NCBI GenBank assembly: GCA_964643765.1
Contig: CAZXTM010000002.1
Coordinates: 81,237 to 145,236, forward strand
Source: an uncultured Bifidobacteriaceae bacterium
GTDB taxonomy: Bacteria; Acidobacteriota; Vicinamibacteria; Vicinamibacterales; UBA2999
Reading direction: 5' to 3'
Length of the DNA: 64,000 nucleotides
Shown here: positions 28,179 through 38,111 of the stretch, in pieces
Position numbering within the stretch: the stretch's first letter is position 1
Layout: each line of letters opens with the position of its first letter
Made by a program: the position numbers and the translations under genes
The notes under the pieces: model-generated
What the model was told of the DNA's origin: nothing
The model's input: only the letters and a program-made list of their open reading frames with translations
The model's database searches: none

Positions 28179-29009
28179 ATGCACAGCGCACGCCTCTTCC
28201 GTCGCCGGGTGACCGGCGTCCTGCTGTTCCTGACGCTGCTGGCGGGCCTGGAAGGCCCCGCGCCGGCGCAGACGGCTCCCGGGCCGCTCGTCGTCGTGGG
28301 TGGCGGCCCCACCGTGGCAGACATCACGGCGCGGACGCTGGCCCTGGCGGGAGGCTCCAGCGCACGCGTCGTGGTGCTGCCCCAGTCGTCGGCGCTGCCC
28401 GACGCGGGTGAGGCCTCGGTGAAGATGTGGCTCGACGCCGGCGCACGCGAAGCGCGCAAGGTGCTCTTTGACGATGTGTCTGCCGCACGCACAGCCCTCG
28501 AGCAGGCCACGCTCATCTGGATGCCCGGGGGCGACCAGAACCGTTTCATGGAGGCCATCGGGCCCACCGGTCTGGCCGATGTGATTCGCGCCCGTCACCG
28601 GGCTGGCGTGGTCGTTGGTGGCACCAGCGCGGGTGCCGCCATCCTGTCAGCGTCGATGATGACCGGCGAGGCCGACCTCAAGTCACTGACTACAGCCTCG
28701 ACCGAACTGAAGCCCGGTCTCGGTCTGTGGCCCGAGGTCATCGTCGACCAGCATTTCCTGAAGCGGCAGCGGCACAACCGGCTGCTGAGCGCCGTCATCG
28801 ATCATCCCTCGCTGATTGGCGTGGGCATCGACGAATCGACCGCGGTGATTGTGCGGGGACGGGAGCTGGAAGTGGTGGGCGTGAGCGCTGTGGTGGTGCT
28901 CGACGCCCGGAGCGGACGCATCACGCCTGCGCCGGCGGGCCAGCCTGTGGCGGCCGCCGACGCACGCGTGACCGTGTTACGCGCGGGACTGCGCTATGCG
29001 CTGCCCTAG
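28179..29009 (+). CDS. exported cyanophycinase-like S51 peptidase
   Basis: A signal peptide is followed by LVVVGGG..., and the nucleophile elbow is GGTSAGAAILS. IVDQHFLKRQRHNRL is typical of cyanophycinase and peptidase E relatives. Confidence 0.75.
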   Translation: MHSARLFRRRVTGVLLFLTLLAGLEGPAPAQTAPGPLVVVGGGPTVADITARTLALAGGSSARVVVLPQSSALPDAGEASVKMWLDAGAREARKVLFDDVSAARTALEQATLIWMPGGDQNRFMEAIGPTGLADVIRARHRAGVVVGGTSAGAAILSASMMTGEADLKSLTTASTELKPGLGLWPEVIVDQHFLKRQRHNRLLSAVIDHPSLIGVGIDESTAVIVRGRELEVVGVSAVVVLDARSGRITPAPAGQPVAAADARVTVLRAGLRYALP

Positions 29010-29806
29010 AACCGGCCGGCGCCGGTCCAGCGGCCCGGCTCTTCGCCGGTGAAGTTGCGGTACGTCAGTGACGGCGTCCCGCAGTGGCTCTGGAGGATGT
29101 CGATCAGGTAGACATCCGTCGAACCCTCGTCGCGGTTGGCCGAGTAGTTGTAGGCGATTTCATCACCAGCCGCCACCACCGGCACGCCACCGTTGTCGGC
29201 GGCCGTCTTGACGGGCTTCGCGTTATAGCCCCAGCGGGTGTCGAGCTTGCGCAGCTCGTCGACGATGAAGTCGAGCCACGGGTTGTTGATGTACTTGAGG
29301 CCGCGCGGGCACGACTGCGAGAACATCAGCGTGGGCTGCATCGCGTTGATGCGGGCCACCGTGCCGGCGATATCGCCCGGCAGGGGCACGCGCTGGCCCG
29401 GGGCCGGATCCGGAGCGCGCGGTGCGAAGCTGACGCGCAGCCGCGACGTGGCGCTGACCGAACCCACCGTGGCGGTGATGACGACGTCACCCTCGCCGAC
29501 AGCCGTCACGGTGCCGCCAGACACGGTGGCGATCGCCGCCGCGCTTGAGGCCCAGCTGGCCGAACCGGTCCGGTCCTGCATGGTGCCGTTCTCGAGCTGC
29601 ACCATCGCCTGCAGCTGCACTGTGGCACCGCGGCCGGAGAGGGTGGCCGGCCCGCTGACAGTCACCGACGACACCGCCGTCGGGGGCGGGGGTGTGACCG
29701 TAATCGTCGGGCTCGTCGGGCTGGTGCCACTGCTGCTGTCTGAGCTGCAGGCGGCCACACCCGCCATCAGCGCAACGCCCATCATCAGTCCGTGGAGAGG
29801 TCGCAT
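29006..29806 (-). CDS. lipoprotein with bacterial Ig-like (Big_2) domain
   Basis: A lipobox (LMAGVAACSS), a Ser/Thr/Pro linker and a Big_2-like segment (VTVSGPATLSGRGATVQLQA...VTAVGEGDVVITATVG). Confidence 0.55.
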   Translation of the reverse strand: MRPLHGLMMGVALMAGVAACSSDSSSGTSPTSPTITVTPPPPTAVSSVTVSGPATLSGRGATVQLQAMVQLENGTMQDRTGSASWASSAAAIATVSGGTVTAVGEGDVVITATVGSVSATSRLRVSFAPRAPDPAPGQRVPLPGDIAGTVARINAMQPTLMFSQSCPRGLKYINNPWLDFIVDELRKLDTRWGYNAKPVKTAADNGGVPVVAAGDEIAYNYSANRDEGSTDVYLIDILQSHCGTPSLTYRNFTGEEPGRWTGAGRF

Positions 29807-30025
29807 GTCAGGGTCCTTCAGAAGGTCGTGTCCGGGGCGGGTCAATTCCCGCAGCCAGAGCGACCAGAGGTCGCCCACAAGGGTGTCGCGACATCGCCGT
29901 CTTGTCAATATTCCGAGGGATATCCGGCATCGCGCCGCACAGCCGGCCGGCCCCCGGTCACCGCGAGGCGGGCCACCGGCAGGACATCGTTCCTGCAGCG
30001 GAGCTGACCGCCCCGGCGCAGCCCG

Positions 30026-31036
30026 TCAGGCCAGGGCCTGTCTAACGCGTGTCAGGTCCTGGGTCAGCAGCGCCAGGAACCGCTCTCGAGGCATGTCGAG
30101 CGTCCACTTCCCGACATCCGTGCCGAGCAGTCCGTTGTGCTCATAGTGAATGTTCACCGGCCCGCTGAAGCGGATGGCCTTGAGAAACCGGCTGATGGCG
30201 GCAAAGTCGACCTGTCCGTCGCCGATGGGCACGAATTCCGACCGCCAGCCTCTGGGCGTCTGCTGCCACCGCACGTCCTTCACGGCCAGGCACGCCAGGT
30301 ACGGTTCGGCCAGCCGGGCATCGTCGATCCAGCCCGTGCCGCCACGGACGGTCGTATGGCCCGTGTCGTAGTTGAGCGCGATGCGTGCGGGGTCGAGGCC
30401 GCGAATCACGCTGACGATGTCCCAGACGTTGCCGCCGATCATCCCGGGGGCCGAGTGTGTGTGGTACGCCCAGGTCGTGCCGTACTTCTCGTTGAGCGCC
30501 AGCAGCGAGGCGATGCGCGGGCGGAGCGCCTCGAGCTGCGTGGCCTGCGGCACGGCGTAGTCGTAGCGGAAGTATTCGCCGCCGCGATAGTACCGGATGC
30601 CCAGGCCTTGCATGGTCCGCAGGATGGCTTCGGCGTGTGGCGACTGGGTGTCCTGAATCGCCGTCGTGATCATCGTCACGGCGAGGCCGGCCTTGCGTGT
30701 CCGTTCGACGGCCTTTGGGAGATCCTGCTCGACCCGCTCGGGCAGCACATGCCCGCCGGCGCGGACGTTCCACTCGATGGCGTCAAATCCGGCTTCGGCC
30801 GCCAGGTCGACGGCGTGTTCGAGGCTGGTCCACTGCACATGCCTCGACACCAGGCCCACGGGCAGGCGCGGCACCTGAGCCGCCGCAGGGGGGCCTGGAG
30901 GCATGCCCTGTCCCTGTGACGCGGGCGCGGCCCCGGCGATGCCAGTGAGCGGCCAGGCCGCAGCCAGGCCGAGCAGGGCCCGGCGCGAGAGGCCTGCGGC
31001 CCGAGAGACCGTGCGGTTCGGGGCTGGTGGCGTCAT
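30026..31036 (-). CDS. Tat-exported xylose-isomerase-like TIM-barrel protein (sugar phosphate isomerase/epimerase family)
   Basis: The Tat motif is SRRALLGLAAAWPL. AP_endonuc_2-type patterns are present (FDAIEWN.., ..WAYHTH.., ..LNYDTGH..). Confidence 0.75.
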   Translation of the reverse strand: MTPPAPNRTVSRAAGLSRRALLGLAAAWPLTGIAGAAPASQGQGMPPGPPAAAQVPRLPVGLVSRHVQWTSLEHAVDLAAEAGFDAIEWNVRAGGHVLPERVEQDLPKAVERTRKAGLAVTMITTAIQDTQSPHAEAILRTMQGLGIRYYRGGEYFRYDYAVPQATQLEALRPRIASLLALNEKYGTTWAYHTHSAPGMIGGNVWDIVSVIRGLDPARIALNYDTGHTTVRGGTGWIDDARLAEPYLACLAVKDVRWQQTPRGWRSEFVPIGDGQVDFAAISRFLKAIRFSGPVNIHYEHNGLLGTDVGKWTLDMPRERFLALLTQDLTRVRQALA

Positions 31037-31067
31037 CGGTCGCGTCTCCCGGGGCTGTGGTGCTGGA

Positions 31068-32027
31068 TCAGAGTACTCCCTCGCGGACCAGCGCGGCTCT
31101 TAGCACCTGCTGGTCCTTGCGGAACGCCGCCATGACCTGCTCGCGGGGAAGGGTCAGCGTGGCCTGGCCACCCATGCCGGCCGGATACTCGGGCTGATTC
31201 TCGATGGGCCCGCGGAAGCCGATGGCCTTGAGGAGCGCCGCGCATTCATCGAGCCGCACCAGGCCTTCACCCAGGGGGCACCACTCGGTGCGCCAGCGCC
31301 CGTCAGGGCCCTGACGCCAGAGGAAGTCCTTGAACGACACGCCCGTCACATAGGCGCCCGCCGCGCGCAGGTTCAGCGCCCAGAGGCCGTTGGCCCCTTC
31401 GCGCACCATGTGACCGACATCGAAGTGAAATCCCACGTGGCGCGGGTCGTGATCCTTCAGCAGCGACAGCAGGTCCCAGATGGGCGTACCGACGGCGTTG
31501 CCGGCATATGTGTGGTACATCGCCGTCATGCCGTGGCGCGCATTGAGCGCGGCCAGCCGGGCGACGCGGGGCCTGAGGGCTTCGAGCTGCTCGGCAACCG
31601 GCCGGTCAGCCGTATAGCGCCATGTGCCCCACCAGTAGTGGCGGATGCCGAGCGACGAAGCGGTGGCGAGAATCGCCTCGGCATGCGGAGAGTCGGCATC
31701 CTGAATGGGCGGGGTGATCGCCGACACCTCGACGCCGCAGGCACGCATCGCCTTCACGAAGGGCGGCAGGTCCTCGCGCACCCGCTCAGGCGCGACATGA
31801 CCCTGCGCGCCCGGGCGGATGTTGATGTCGATGCCGTCATAGCCGGCCTCGCGCACAGCCGCAGCCACTTCCGCCGGATCACGCAGCCACAGCAGGTGAC
31901 GGCCATAGAGGTCGAGGCGCGGCGTGAAGGCCACGGGCTGGGCCGGCTGCGAATGCGCCGACCCGGAAGCGGCCAGCGCGGCGCCGGTGAGCGCGAGTGT
32001 CGAGTGGAGAAACGTCCGGCGGTTCAT
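31068..32027 (-). CDS. Tat-exported xylose-isomerase-like TIM-barrel protein (paralogous type)
   Basis: The Tat motif is MNRRTFLHSTLALTGAALAASGSAHS. TIM-barrel patterns are present (YDGIDINIR.., ..MYHTY.., ..FHFDVGH..). Confidence 0.75.
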   Translation of the reverse strand: MNRRTFLHSTLALTGAALAASGSAHSQPAQPVAFTPRLDLYGRHLLWLRDPAEVAAAVREAGYDGIDINIRPGAQGHVAPERVREDLPPFVKAMRACGVEVSAITPPIQDADSPHAEAILATASSLGIRHYWWGTWRYTADRPVAEQLEALRPRVARLAALNARHGMTAMYHTYAGNAVGTPIWDLLSLLKDHDPRHVGFHFDVGHMVREGANGLWALNLRAAGAYVTGVSFKDFLWRQGPDGRWRTEWCPLGEGLVRLDECAALLKAIGFRGPIENQPEYPAGMGGQATLTLPREQVMAAFRKDQQVLRAALVREGVL

Positions 32028-32072
32028 TGCGCGATGCCGGCCCCGGGGCGGTGCCCCCGGGGCCTCGTGGCG

Positions 32073-35000
32073 TCAGAACAGGTACTTGATCGCAAACTGC
32101 ATCACGCGGGCGTCGGCCTGCGTCGTGAGAATCTTTCCGAAGTTGGCGCTGCCGAACGTGACGTTCGGATTGCCGAGGTGCACCCGGTTGGTGAGGTTGA
32201 ACGCCTCGGCGCGCACCTCGATGCGCTGGCCCGTCGCGCCGAGTGTGAGCACGCGCGACACGGCGAGGTCAAAGTTCCAGAACGCCGGCCCGCGCAGGAA
32301 GCCGCGCGGGGTGTTGCCCCAGAGGCCCGGGGTGTTCGGGGCGAACGCCGCAGTGTTGAACCAGAGATCCGCCGTCCGGTTGTCGAGGTCGGGGTCGCCC
32401 ACGACCAGCGGACGCTGGTTGCCAAGACCGGTCAGCGACAGGTTGCCGGTGGTCGTCGGCGTCAGGGGCGAGCCGCTGCGGCCCTGGAACACGAGGCCCA
32501 GCTGCCAGTCGCGGGTCAGGGCCGCCATCGCACCACCACCCACGCCCGGCGTGAGGTAGATGAACGAGCTGTTGACGATGACCGGACGGTCGGCATCGCA
32601 CGGGCCATAGTTGGTCGACGGATCATTCGGGTCGGGGAAGACATTCGTGATGTCGGTGCCCGGCTCGCCCTGGTTACGGCACTGGCTCAGCGTGAGGTTG
32701 GTGTTGGTGCTCCAGCCGCCGGCCATCCGGCGCTGCAGGCCGATGACCACGCCGTGATACTTGCCCGTGCCGCCTACCGACTCCTGAATGGTCGAGTAGA
32801 AGCGGCCCTGGTCAGGGTTCTGCAGGAAGAGCACGCGGCGCTGTTCGATGTTGGCGTTCGTGTTCACGCCGCCCGGGATGAAGACGGCCGGATTGAGTTC
32901 ACGACCGAGCCAGATGTTGCGCGTGCGATTGCCGAGGTAGGACACCGACGCCAGCCAGCTGGTCGCAAACTGACGCTGATAGCTCACGTTCCACTGCGTG
33001 ACCGTCATGGGGTCGAAGTCGAACGGCATGGTCACGTAGGTGCCCTGTGTCGGGAACGCGATGTTCGACGGCGGGGGATTCGGCACCGGGAACGGGTTGC
33101 CACCGGGATACCCCAGCCAGGGGTTCTCGAAGGTCGCCGGGTTGTTGACCTGAATCGTGTTGCCGAACGGCGCGTTCAGCGGATGCCGGCCGTACTGCCA
33201 CAGCTTGGGCGAGTCGTAGTAGACCCCGACCGCGCCACGCACCGTCTGGACGTTGTCGCCCGCGGGATCCCACGCAAACCCGAGGCGCGGCGCCACCTGA
33301 TTGAGGTTGTTGGTGTTCATCCCCTTCTCGGGAAAGCCTTCGTCGCCTGCGAACATCAGGCCCGCCGGGGCATTGGTGAAGACGCGGCTGCGGCGGCCCT
33401 GATCGAACCATTCGCGGCTGAAGCGGCTGTAGAACTCGTAGTCGTCCGTGGCCGCAAGATACGGTTCCCAGCGGACACCGGCGTTGATCGTCAGCCGATC
33501 ACTGACGCGCCACACATCCTGCACGTAGGCACCAAAGTAGTTGAGCTGCTGGCCCACCAGCTGATTGCCGCCCTGGCGGAACTGGCTCGGCAGGCCGAGC
33601 ATCATGTCGGCCAGGCCGATGCGGCCACCGCCCACCCGCGTGCCGTTGAACGTGAAGATGCCGTTGGCCTGGAAGGGACCGTTCACGTCGAGCCCCGGCT
33701 GAATCCAGCTGCCCCCGAACGAAATCTGGTGCGCCCCGCGCACCCAGTCGAAGTCCTGCGACAGCTGATAGGTCTGCGAGCTGAAGTCGCCCGGAAGACC
33801 GGCGCCCGGGAAGCCGTTGGTCACCGAGAGGTTGATGAAGCGGAGGCCATCCTGCTCGGCGGCTGTCCACACGTTCGACCCGAGCTGCGTCCAGCTCGGC
33901 AGCTGCGAGCCCTGGGCGCGCAGGATGCGCGACCGCGCATACCCGAACCGCGTGGCCGAGATGAGCGTCGGCGTCAGCACATAGTCGTTGCCCACCGACA
34001 CCGTCTGCACGCGGTTGTCGAGGCCGAGACCGCTGCCGCTGGCGAGCAGGAGGTTCTTGCCGTCGTAGCCGGGCGCGCGGTCATAGTTGGCGATGTAATA
34101 GCGGCCGAAGAAGCGCAGCTTGTCGGTCGCCTGCCAGTCGAGGCGGGTGACGCCCTGCTGTTCGTCGTTGTTGTCGGGCACCGAGTAGGTGATGCGGCCG
34201 CACGGGTCGGTCGACACCGGCAGCCGCTCGAGAATCTGCCGTGCGACGGGGCTGAACTGCGACGGGTCGATGCGGTTGCCCACAAACGGCGCGCCCAGGT
34301 TGACCTGCGCCCCGCTGTTGCACTGGGGCGAGGCCACCGTCGTGAAGTCGCCGGCCCGCATCGCAGCGGTCGGCACAATCGCCTGCAGGTCTGACGGCGT
34401 CTGCCGGTTGCGGCTGATCTGCACGCCGCCGAAGAAGAACATCCGGTTCTTCATCACTGGCCCGCCCAGGGTGCCACCGAACTGGTTGCGGTTCAGTCCG
34501 TCGCTCGCCGTCGCGAACTTGTTGATTTCGTTGAAGCGCGAATCACGCAGGAACTCGAACATCGTCCCGTGGAACGCATTGGTGCCCGACTTGGTGACGG
34601 CATTGACCGTCGCACCGGTATAGATGCCGTACCGCGCGGGGCGGACGCCCGTCTCGACCTTGAATTCCTGGAGGGCGTCGGGAAAGGGCATCGGCTGGCC
34701 GATGTTGTTGACCGGGTCGTTGTTGTAGGCGCCGTCCACCAGGTAGATGGTGCTGTTGCCAGAGCCGCCCGCCACGGAAATGGCCACTGCCGACGGATAC
34801 TGCCGCTGGCTGCCGATGAGACCGCCGGGCTGCGACACCGCCGCACCGGCGAGCAGCACCAGCTGAGAGGGCTGGCGTCCGTCAAGCGGCAGGCCCACCA
34901 TCTGCTGTTCGTTGACGACGGTGCCGACGGCCGTGCTGCGTGTTTCGACCAGCTGCGCCGCAGCCGTGACGGTGATGCTCTCGTTGAGCGTGCCCACCTT

Positions 35001-35321
35001 GAGGGCCACGTTCACGATGGGGCTGTCACCCACCTGCAGGGTCAGGCCGGTCTGCCGGTAGGTGGTGAATCCCTGAAGAGTCGCGGTCAGTTCATACGGG
35101 CCAATCGGCAGGTTGGGCAGCACGTAGTCGCCACGCTCACCGGTGATGGTGAACCGCGAGGTGCCCGTGGCCGTCTGGGTGACGGTGACTTCCACGCCTG
35201 GCAGCACCGCGCCCGATTCATCGCGCACGACGCCCGAGATCTGGGCAATCGCGACCGTTTGTGCAGAGGACAGGGCGGGCATCAGGAGCGCCAGCCACAT
35301 CAGGACGATGCGTCGAGCCAT
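32073..35321 (-). CDS. TonB-dependent receptor with N-terminal carboxypeptidase-regulatory-like domain
   Basis: A signal peptide (LLMPALSSAQT), a CarbopepD_reg-like domain (ISGVVRDESGAVLPGVEVTVTQ) and a plug. The long beta-barrel ends ...AIKYLF with a terminal F. Confidence 0.85.
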   Translation of the reverse strand: MARRIVLMWLALLMPALSSAQTVAIAQISGVVRDESGAVLPGVEVTVTQTATGTSRFTITGERGDYVLPNLPIGPYELTATLQGFTTYRQTGLTLQVGDSPIVNVALKVGTLNESITVTAAAQLVETRSTAVGTVVNEQQMVGLPLDGRQPSQLVLLAGAAVSQPGGLIGSQRQYPSAVAISVAGGSGNSTIYLVDGAYNNDPVNNIGQPMPFPDALQEFKVETGVRPARYGIYTGATVNAVTKSGTNAFHGTMFEFLRDSRFNEINKFATASDGLNRNQFGGTLGGPVMKNRMFFFGGVQISRNRQTPSDLQAIVPTAAMRAGDFTTVASPQCNSGAQVNLGAPFVGNRIDPSQFSPVARQILERLPVSTDPCGRITYSVPDNNDEQQGVTRLDWQATDKLRFFGRYYIANYDRAPGYDGKNLLLASGSGLGLDNRVQTVSVGNDYVLTPTLISATRFGYARSRILRAQGSQLPSWTQLGSNVWTAAEQDGLRFINLSVTNGFPGAGLPGDFSSQTYQLSQDFDWVRGAHQISFGGSWIQPGLDVNGPFQANGIFTFNGTRVGGGRIGLADMMLGLPSQFRQGGNQLVGQQLNYFGAYVQDVWRVSDRLTINAGVRWEPYLAATDDYEFYSRFSREWFDQGRRSRVFTNAPAGLMFAGDEGFPEKGMNTNNLNQVAPRLGFAWDPAGDNVQTVRGAVGVYYDSPKLWQYGRHPLNAPFGNTIQVNNPATFENPWLGYPGGNPFPVPNPPPSNIAFPTQGTYVTMPFDFDPMTVTQWNVSYQRQFATSWLASVSYLGNRTRNIWLGRELNPAVFIPGGVNTNANIEQRRVLFLQNPDQGRFYSTIQESVGGTGKYHGVVIGLQRRMAGGWSTNTNLTLSQCRNQGEPGTDITNVFPDPNDPSTNYGPCDADRPVIVNSSFIYLTPGVGGGAMAALTRDWQLGLVFQGRSGSPLTPTTTGNLSLTGLGNQRPLVVGDPDLDNRTADLWFNTAAFAPNTPGLWGNTPRGFLRGPAFWNFDLAVSRVLTLGATGQRIEVRAEAFNLTNRVHLGNPNVTFGSANFGKILTTQADARVMQFAIKYLF

Positions 35322-35465
35322 AGTCAGTTCGTCACCTTTGCATGAGGACACGCCATGGGGGCGTGTCTGGGGCGTGACTATGCTGCACACACGTTATAAT
35401 GTCAAGACAAGAGAACAGCCTGTCAGGCTCGGCGCTGCGAGGGGAAGTCTGCTATTCTTCGCCCC

Positions 35466-36293
35466 GTGACTGGCATCACGGCCCGAAGCATGGTCCGCGG
35501 GCGATCACGGCGCGAAAACCGGCACGTCCCCCTCTACCACCAGGTCGAACAGGTCATCCGCTACTGGATTTCCAGTGGCCGCTACGCGCCGGGCTCGCAG
35601 ATTCCCTCTGAACACGAACTCGGGCGCGAGCTCGAGGTCAGCCGCGTCACCGTCCGTGAGGCCCTCCGGGAACTCGTCCAGGACAACCTGCTCATCAAGG
35701 TGCAGGGCAAGGGCACGTTTGTCGCCCAGCTGCCAAAGGGCACCCTGCCCCCGATCAAATACACCGGGGCCCTCGAAGAGGTGTACGAGCGCGTCCGCCA
35801 GCTGCAGGTCAAATACCTCAGCGTCAACCGGGCGCCGTGCCCCGATCATGTCCGTCGCCTGCTGGATCTCCCGCCCGACCAGGACGAGGTCGTGCAGATC
35901 GAGCGCCGACGCCACGCCGGACCCGACCCGTTCTCGTTCACCATCAACTACCTGCCAGTCGACATTGGCGAGCGCATCGACACCGCCAAGCTGCACACCA
36001 CCCCGCTCCTGCTGCTGCTCGAGCGCGACCTGAAGATCGCCATCACGCACGCCGAGGAGACCGTCGAGGCGGCCCCGGCCGACCCGGTCGTCGCCACGCA
36101 GCTCGGTGTGCCCGTGCTGTACCCGGTGATGCACATCACCCGACTGATGTTCACCACCGGCAACCGCCCCTTCGAAGTGGTGGAAACCTACTACCGGGCC
36201 GACAAGTTCCAGTACCGCGTCAACATGGTCCGCACCCACCGGAAGGGCCAGTGGTCGTGGCGGCCCGAGGCCGAGCCGCCACCCGAACGCTAG
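35466..36293 (+). CDS. GntR/HutC-family transcriptional regulator with UTRA effector domain
   Basis: The wHTH is PLYHQVEQVIRYWISSGRYAPGSQIPSEHELGRELEVSRVTVREALRELV, followed by a C-terminal UTRA-like fold. The start is uncertain: GTG at 35466 or ATG at 35490. Confidence 0.85.
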   Translation: MTGITARSMVRGRSRRENRHVPLYHQVEQVIRYWISSGRYAPGSQIPSEHELGRELEVSRVTVREALRELVQDNLLIKVQGKGTFVAQLPKGTLPPIKYTGALEEVYERVRQLQVKYLSVNRAPCPDHVRRLLDLPPDQDEVVQIERRRHAGPDPFSFTINYLPVDIGERIDTAKLHTTPLLLLLERDLKIAITHAEETVEAAPADPVVATQLGVPVLYPVMHITRLMFTTGNRPFEVVETYYRADKFQYRVNMVRTHRKGQWSWRPEAEPPPER

Positions 36294-36332
36294 CCATCTT
36301 CGATCCGCACCGCGTCCCCGACCGCCCCGCGC

Positions 36333-38090
36333 TTAATCGTTGCCGTGCGCGAGGAAGTCGGCGATGTCCCAGTAGCCCGTCCGCGGCATGGGCACGTCGC
36401 CCCTCGTCCGCACCTCGAGCAGGTACGGTCCCTGAGCGGCCAGCGCCGCCTCGAGGGCGCCCGTCAGCTGCGAGGGATGATCCACAAAACCGCTGGCCAT
36501 GCCGAACGCCTTCGCCAGGAGCGGAAAGTCGGGGTTGTAGGGCGCGCCGTCAGGCGTGGTGAATTCGGTGCCGTAGGTGTTGTGGAAGTACGTCGTGCCG
36601 ACGGTGCGAATCGTCGAGAAGCAGAAGTTGTTGAACAGCACGAACACCACGGGCACGCCCAGTTCCACGGCCGTCGTCAGGGCCCCGACTGACGACAGGA
36701 ATCCCCCGTCGCCCACCAGGCAAATCACCGGCCGCGCCGGCGCTCCCAGCTTGGCTCCGACCGCCGCCCCGGGCGCAAAGCCCATCGTCGCCATGCCGCC
36801 GCTCGTAATCCACGACTGCGGCCGCGTCACGGTCACCTGCTGGCCCGCCCCGTTCTTGTTCCAACCCACGTCGGTCACGAAAATCGCATCCGCCGGAGCC
36901 ACCTCCGACAGGGCCTTCAGCAGGCGGGCCGGATGAATGGGCACCCCCTCGTCGACCTGCGTCGCTTCGACTTCACCGTGCCAGGCCGAGCGGCGGGCCT
37001 CGACGGCCGCCTGACGGGCCGCCCCACCACGCACCTCGGCGGCACGCGGACGCAGCACCTCCAGCAGCTGCTGCAGCACGGCCCGGGCATCGCCCACCAG
37101 CCCCACTGCCACCGGGTAAATCTTGCCGACTTCCTGTGGGTCGATATCGATCTGCACCAGCCGCGCCGGGGGAATCGCCAACGTGTGCTCGGGTCGCCAC
37201 GAACTGCAGTCGGCCTCGCCGAAGGCGGTGCCGATGGCCAGCACCACATCGGCCGTCCGCAGCGACTCGTTGGCCGCACGCGTGCCCCAGATGCCGCTCA
37301 TGCCGCAGGCCAGCGGGTGATCCTCCGGCATGAGGCCCTTCCCCATCAGCGTCGTCGCAACCGGTGCCTGCAGCAGCTCGGCCAGTGCCCGCAGCTCGTC
37401 CCAGGCCTCGGCAATCGCCACGCCGTTGCCGGCAAACAGCGCCGGGGCCGAGGCCCCCAGCAGCAGCTCGGCCGCCTGCTCGACCCCCGCGGGCTCGGCC
37501 TGCACGCGCCCATGCGAGGGACGACGGGCGGGCATGGATCCGGCGGGAGGCTCGATGTGCTGCGAGAACACGTCCATGGGAATGTCGAGCAGCACCGCCC
37601 CGGGTCGGCCCGTCTGCGCCAGATTCAGTGCGCGCGGCATCACGTCCTGCAGGAACCTGGCATCATCCACGCGCCACACCCGCTTGCAGAAGGGACGGTA
37701 GATGTCGCCCTGCGAAGCATCCGCATGGAACCGGATGCCCTGATGCGGCTCGCGGGCGTGGTGATACGACGGCGTGTTGCCGGTGATGACCACCATCGGC
37801 GTGGAATCAGCCGCCGCCGTGATGACGCCGGTGATGGCATTGGTCATGCCCGGGGAGAGATGCACGTTCAGCACCGCCAGCTTGTGCGTGACGCGATAGT
37901 AGGCGTCGGCCGCATGCGCGGCGAGCTGCTCGTGGCGGAACGAGACGTACTCGATACCGAAGCGCTGGCACGCGTCGATGAGCGCGTAATTCGTGTGGCC
38001 GCACTGCCCGAACACCTTCTCGACACCTTCGTCCTTGAGGCACTGCGCCATGTACATCGCACCGGTCATCATCGTCGTGTGCTCCCTCAT
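36333..38090 (-). CDS. thiamine-diphosphate-dependent enzyme (acetolactate synthase/oxalyl-CoA decarboxylase/sulfoacetaldehyde acetyltransferase superfamily)
   Basis: It has three-domain TPP architecture. The N-terminal PYR domain is ..FRHEQLAAHAADAY... The C-terminal TPP motif is GDGGFLSSV...NN. 585 aa. Confidence 0.85.
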   Translation of the reverse strand: MREHTTMMTGAMYMAQCLKDEGVEKVFGQCGHTNYALIDACQRFGIEYVSFRHEQLAAHAADAYYRVTHKLAVLNVHLSPGMTNAITGVITAAADSTPMVVITGNTPSYHHAREPHQGIRFHADASQGDIYRPFCKRVWRVDDARFLQDVMPRALNLAQTGRPGAVLLDIPMDVFSQHIEPPAGSMPARRPSHGRVQAEPAGVEQAAELLLGASAPALFAGNGVAIAEAWDELRALAELLQAPVATTLMGKGLMPEDHPLACGMSGIWGTRAANESLRTADVVLAIGTAFGEADCSSWRPEHTLAIPPARLVQIDIDPQEVGKIYPVAVGLVGDARAVLQQLLEVLRPRAAEVRGGAARQAAVEARRSAWHGEVEATQVDEGVPIHPARLLKALSEVAPADAIFVTDVGWNKNGAGQQVTVTRPQSWITSGGMATMGFAPGAAVGAKLGAPARPVICLVGDGGFLSSVGALTTAVELGVPVVFVLFNNFCFSTIRTVGTTYFHNTYGTEFTTPDGAPYNPDFPLLAKAFGMASGFVDHPSQLTGALEAALAAQGPYLLEVRTRGDVPMPRTGYWDIADFLAHGND

Positions 38091-38111
38091 CCTGTCAGGT
38101 CGCCGGCCGCC

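Noticed and set aside
31410-34394. 994-aa plus-strand ORF antisense to the TonB receptor and a TIM-barrel gene. Similar long shadow ORFs lie at 25034-27202, 7944-9434, 36933-38684, 49837-51528, 61145-62635 and 45245-46411.
   Set aside because: All are Arg/Gly/Asp/His-rich and low in complexity. Each lies antisense to ORFs with strong family motifs. Long open antisense frames are expected at this G+C level.
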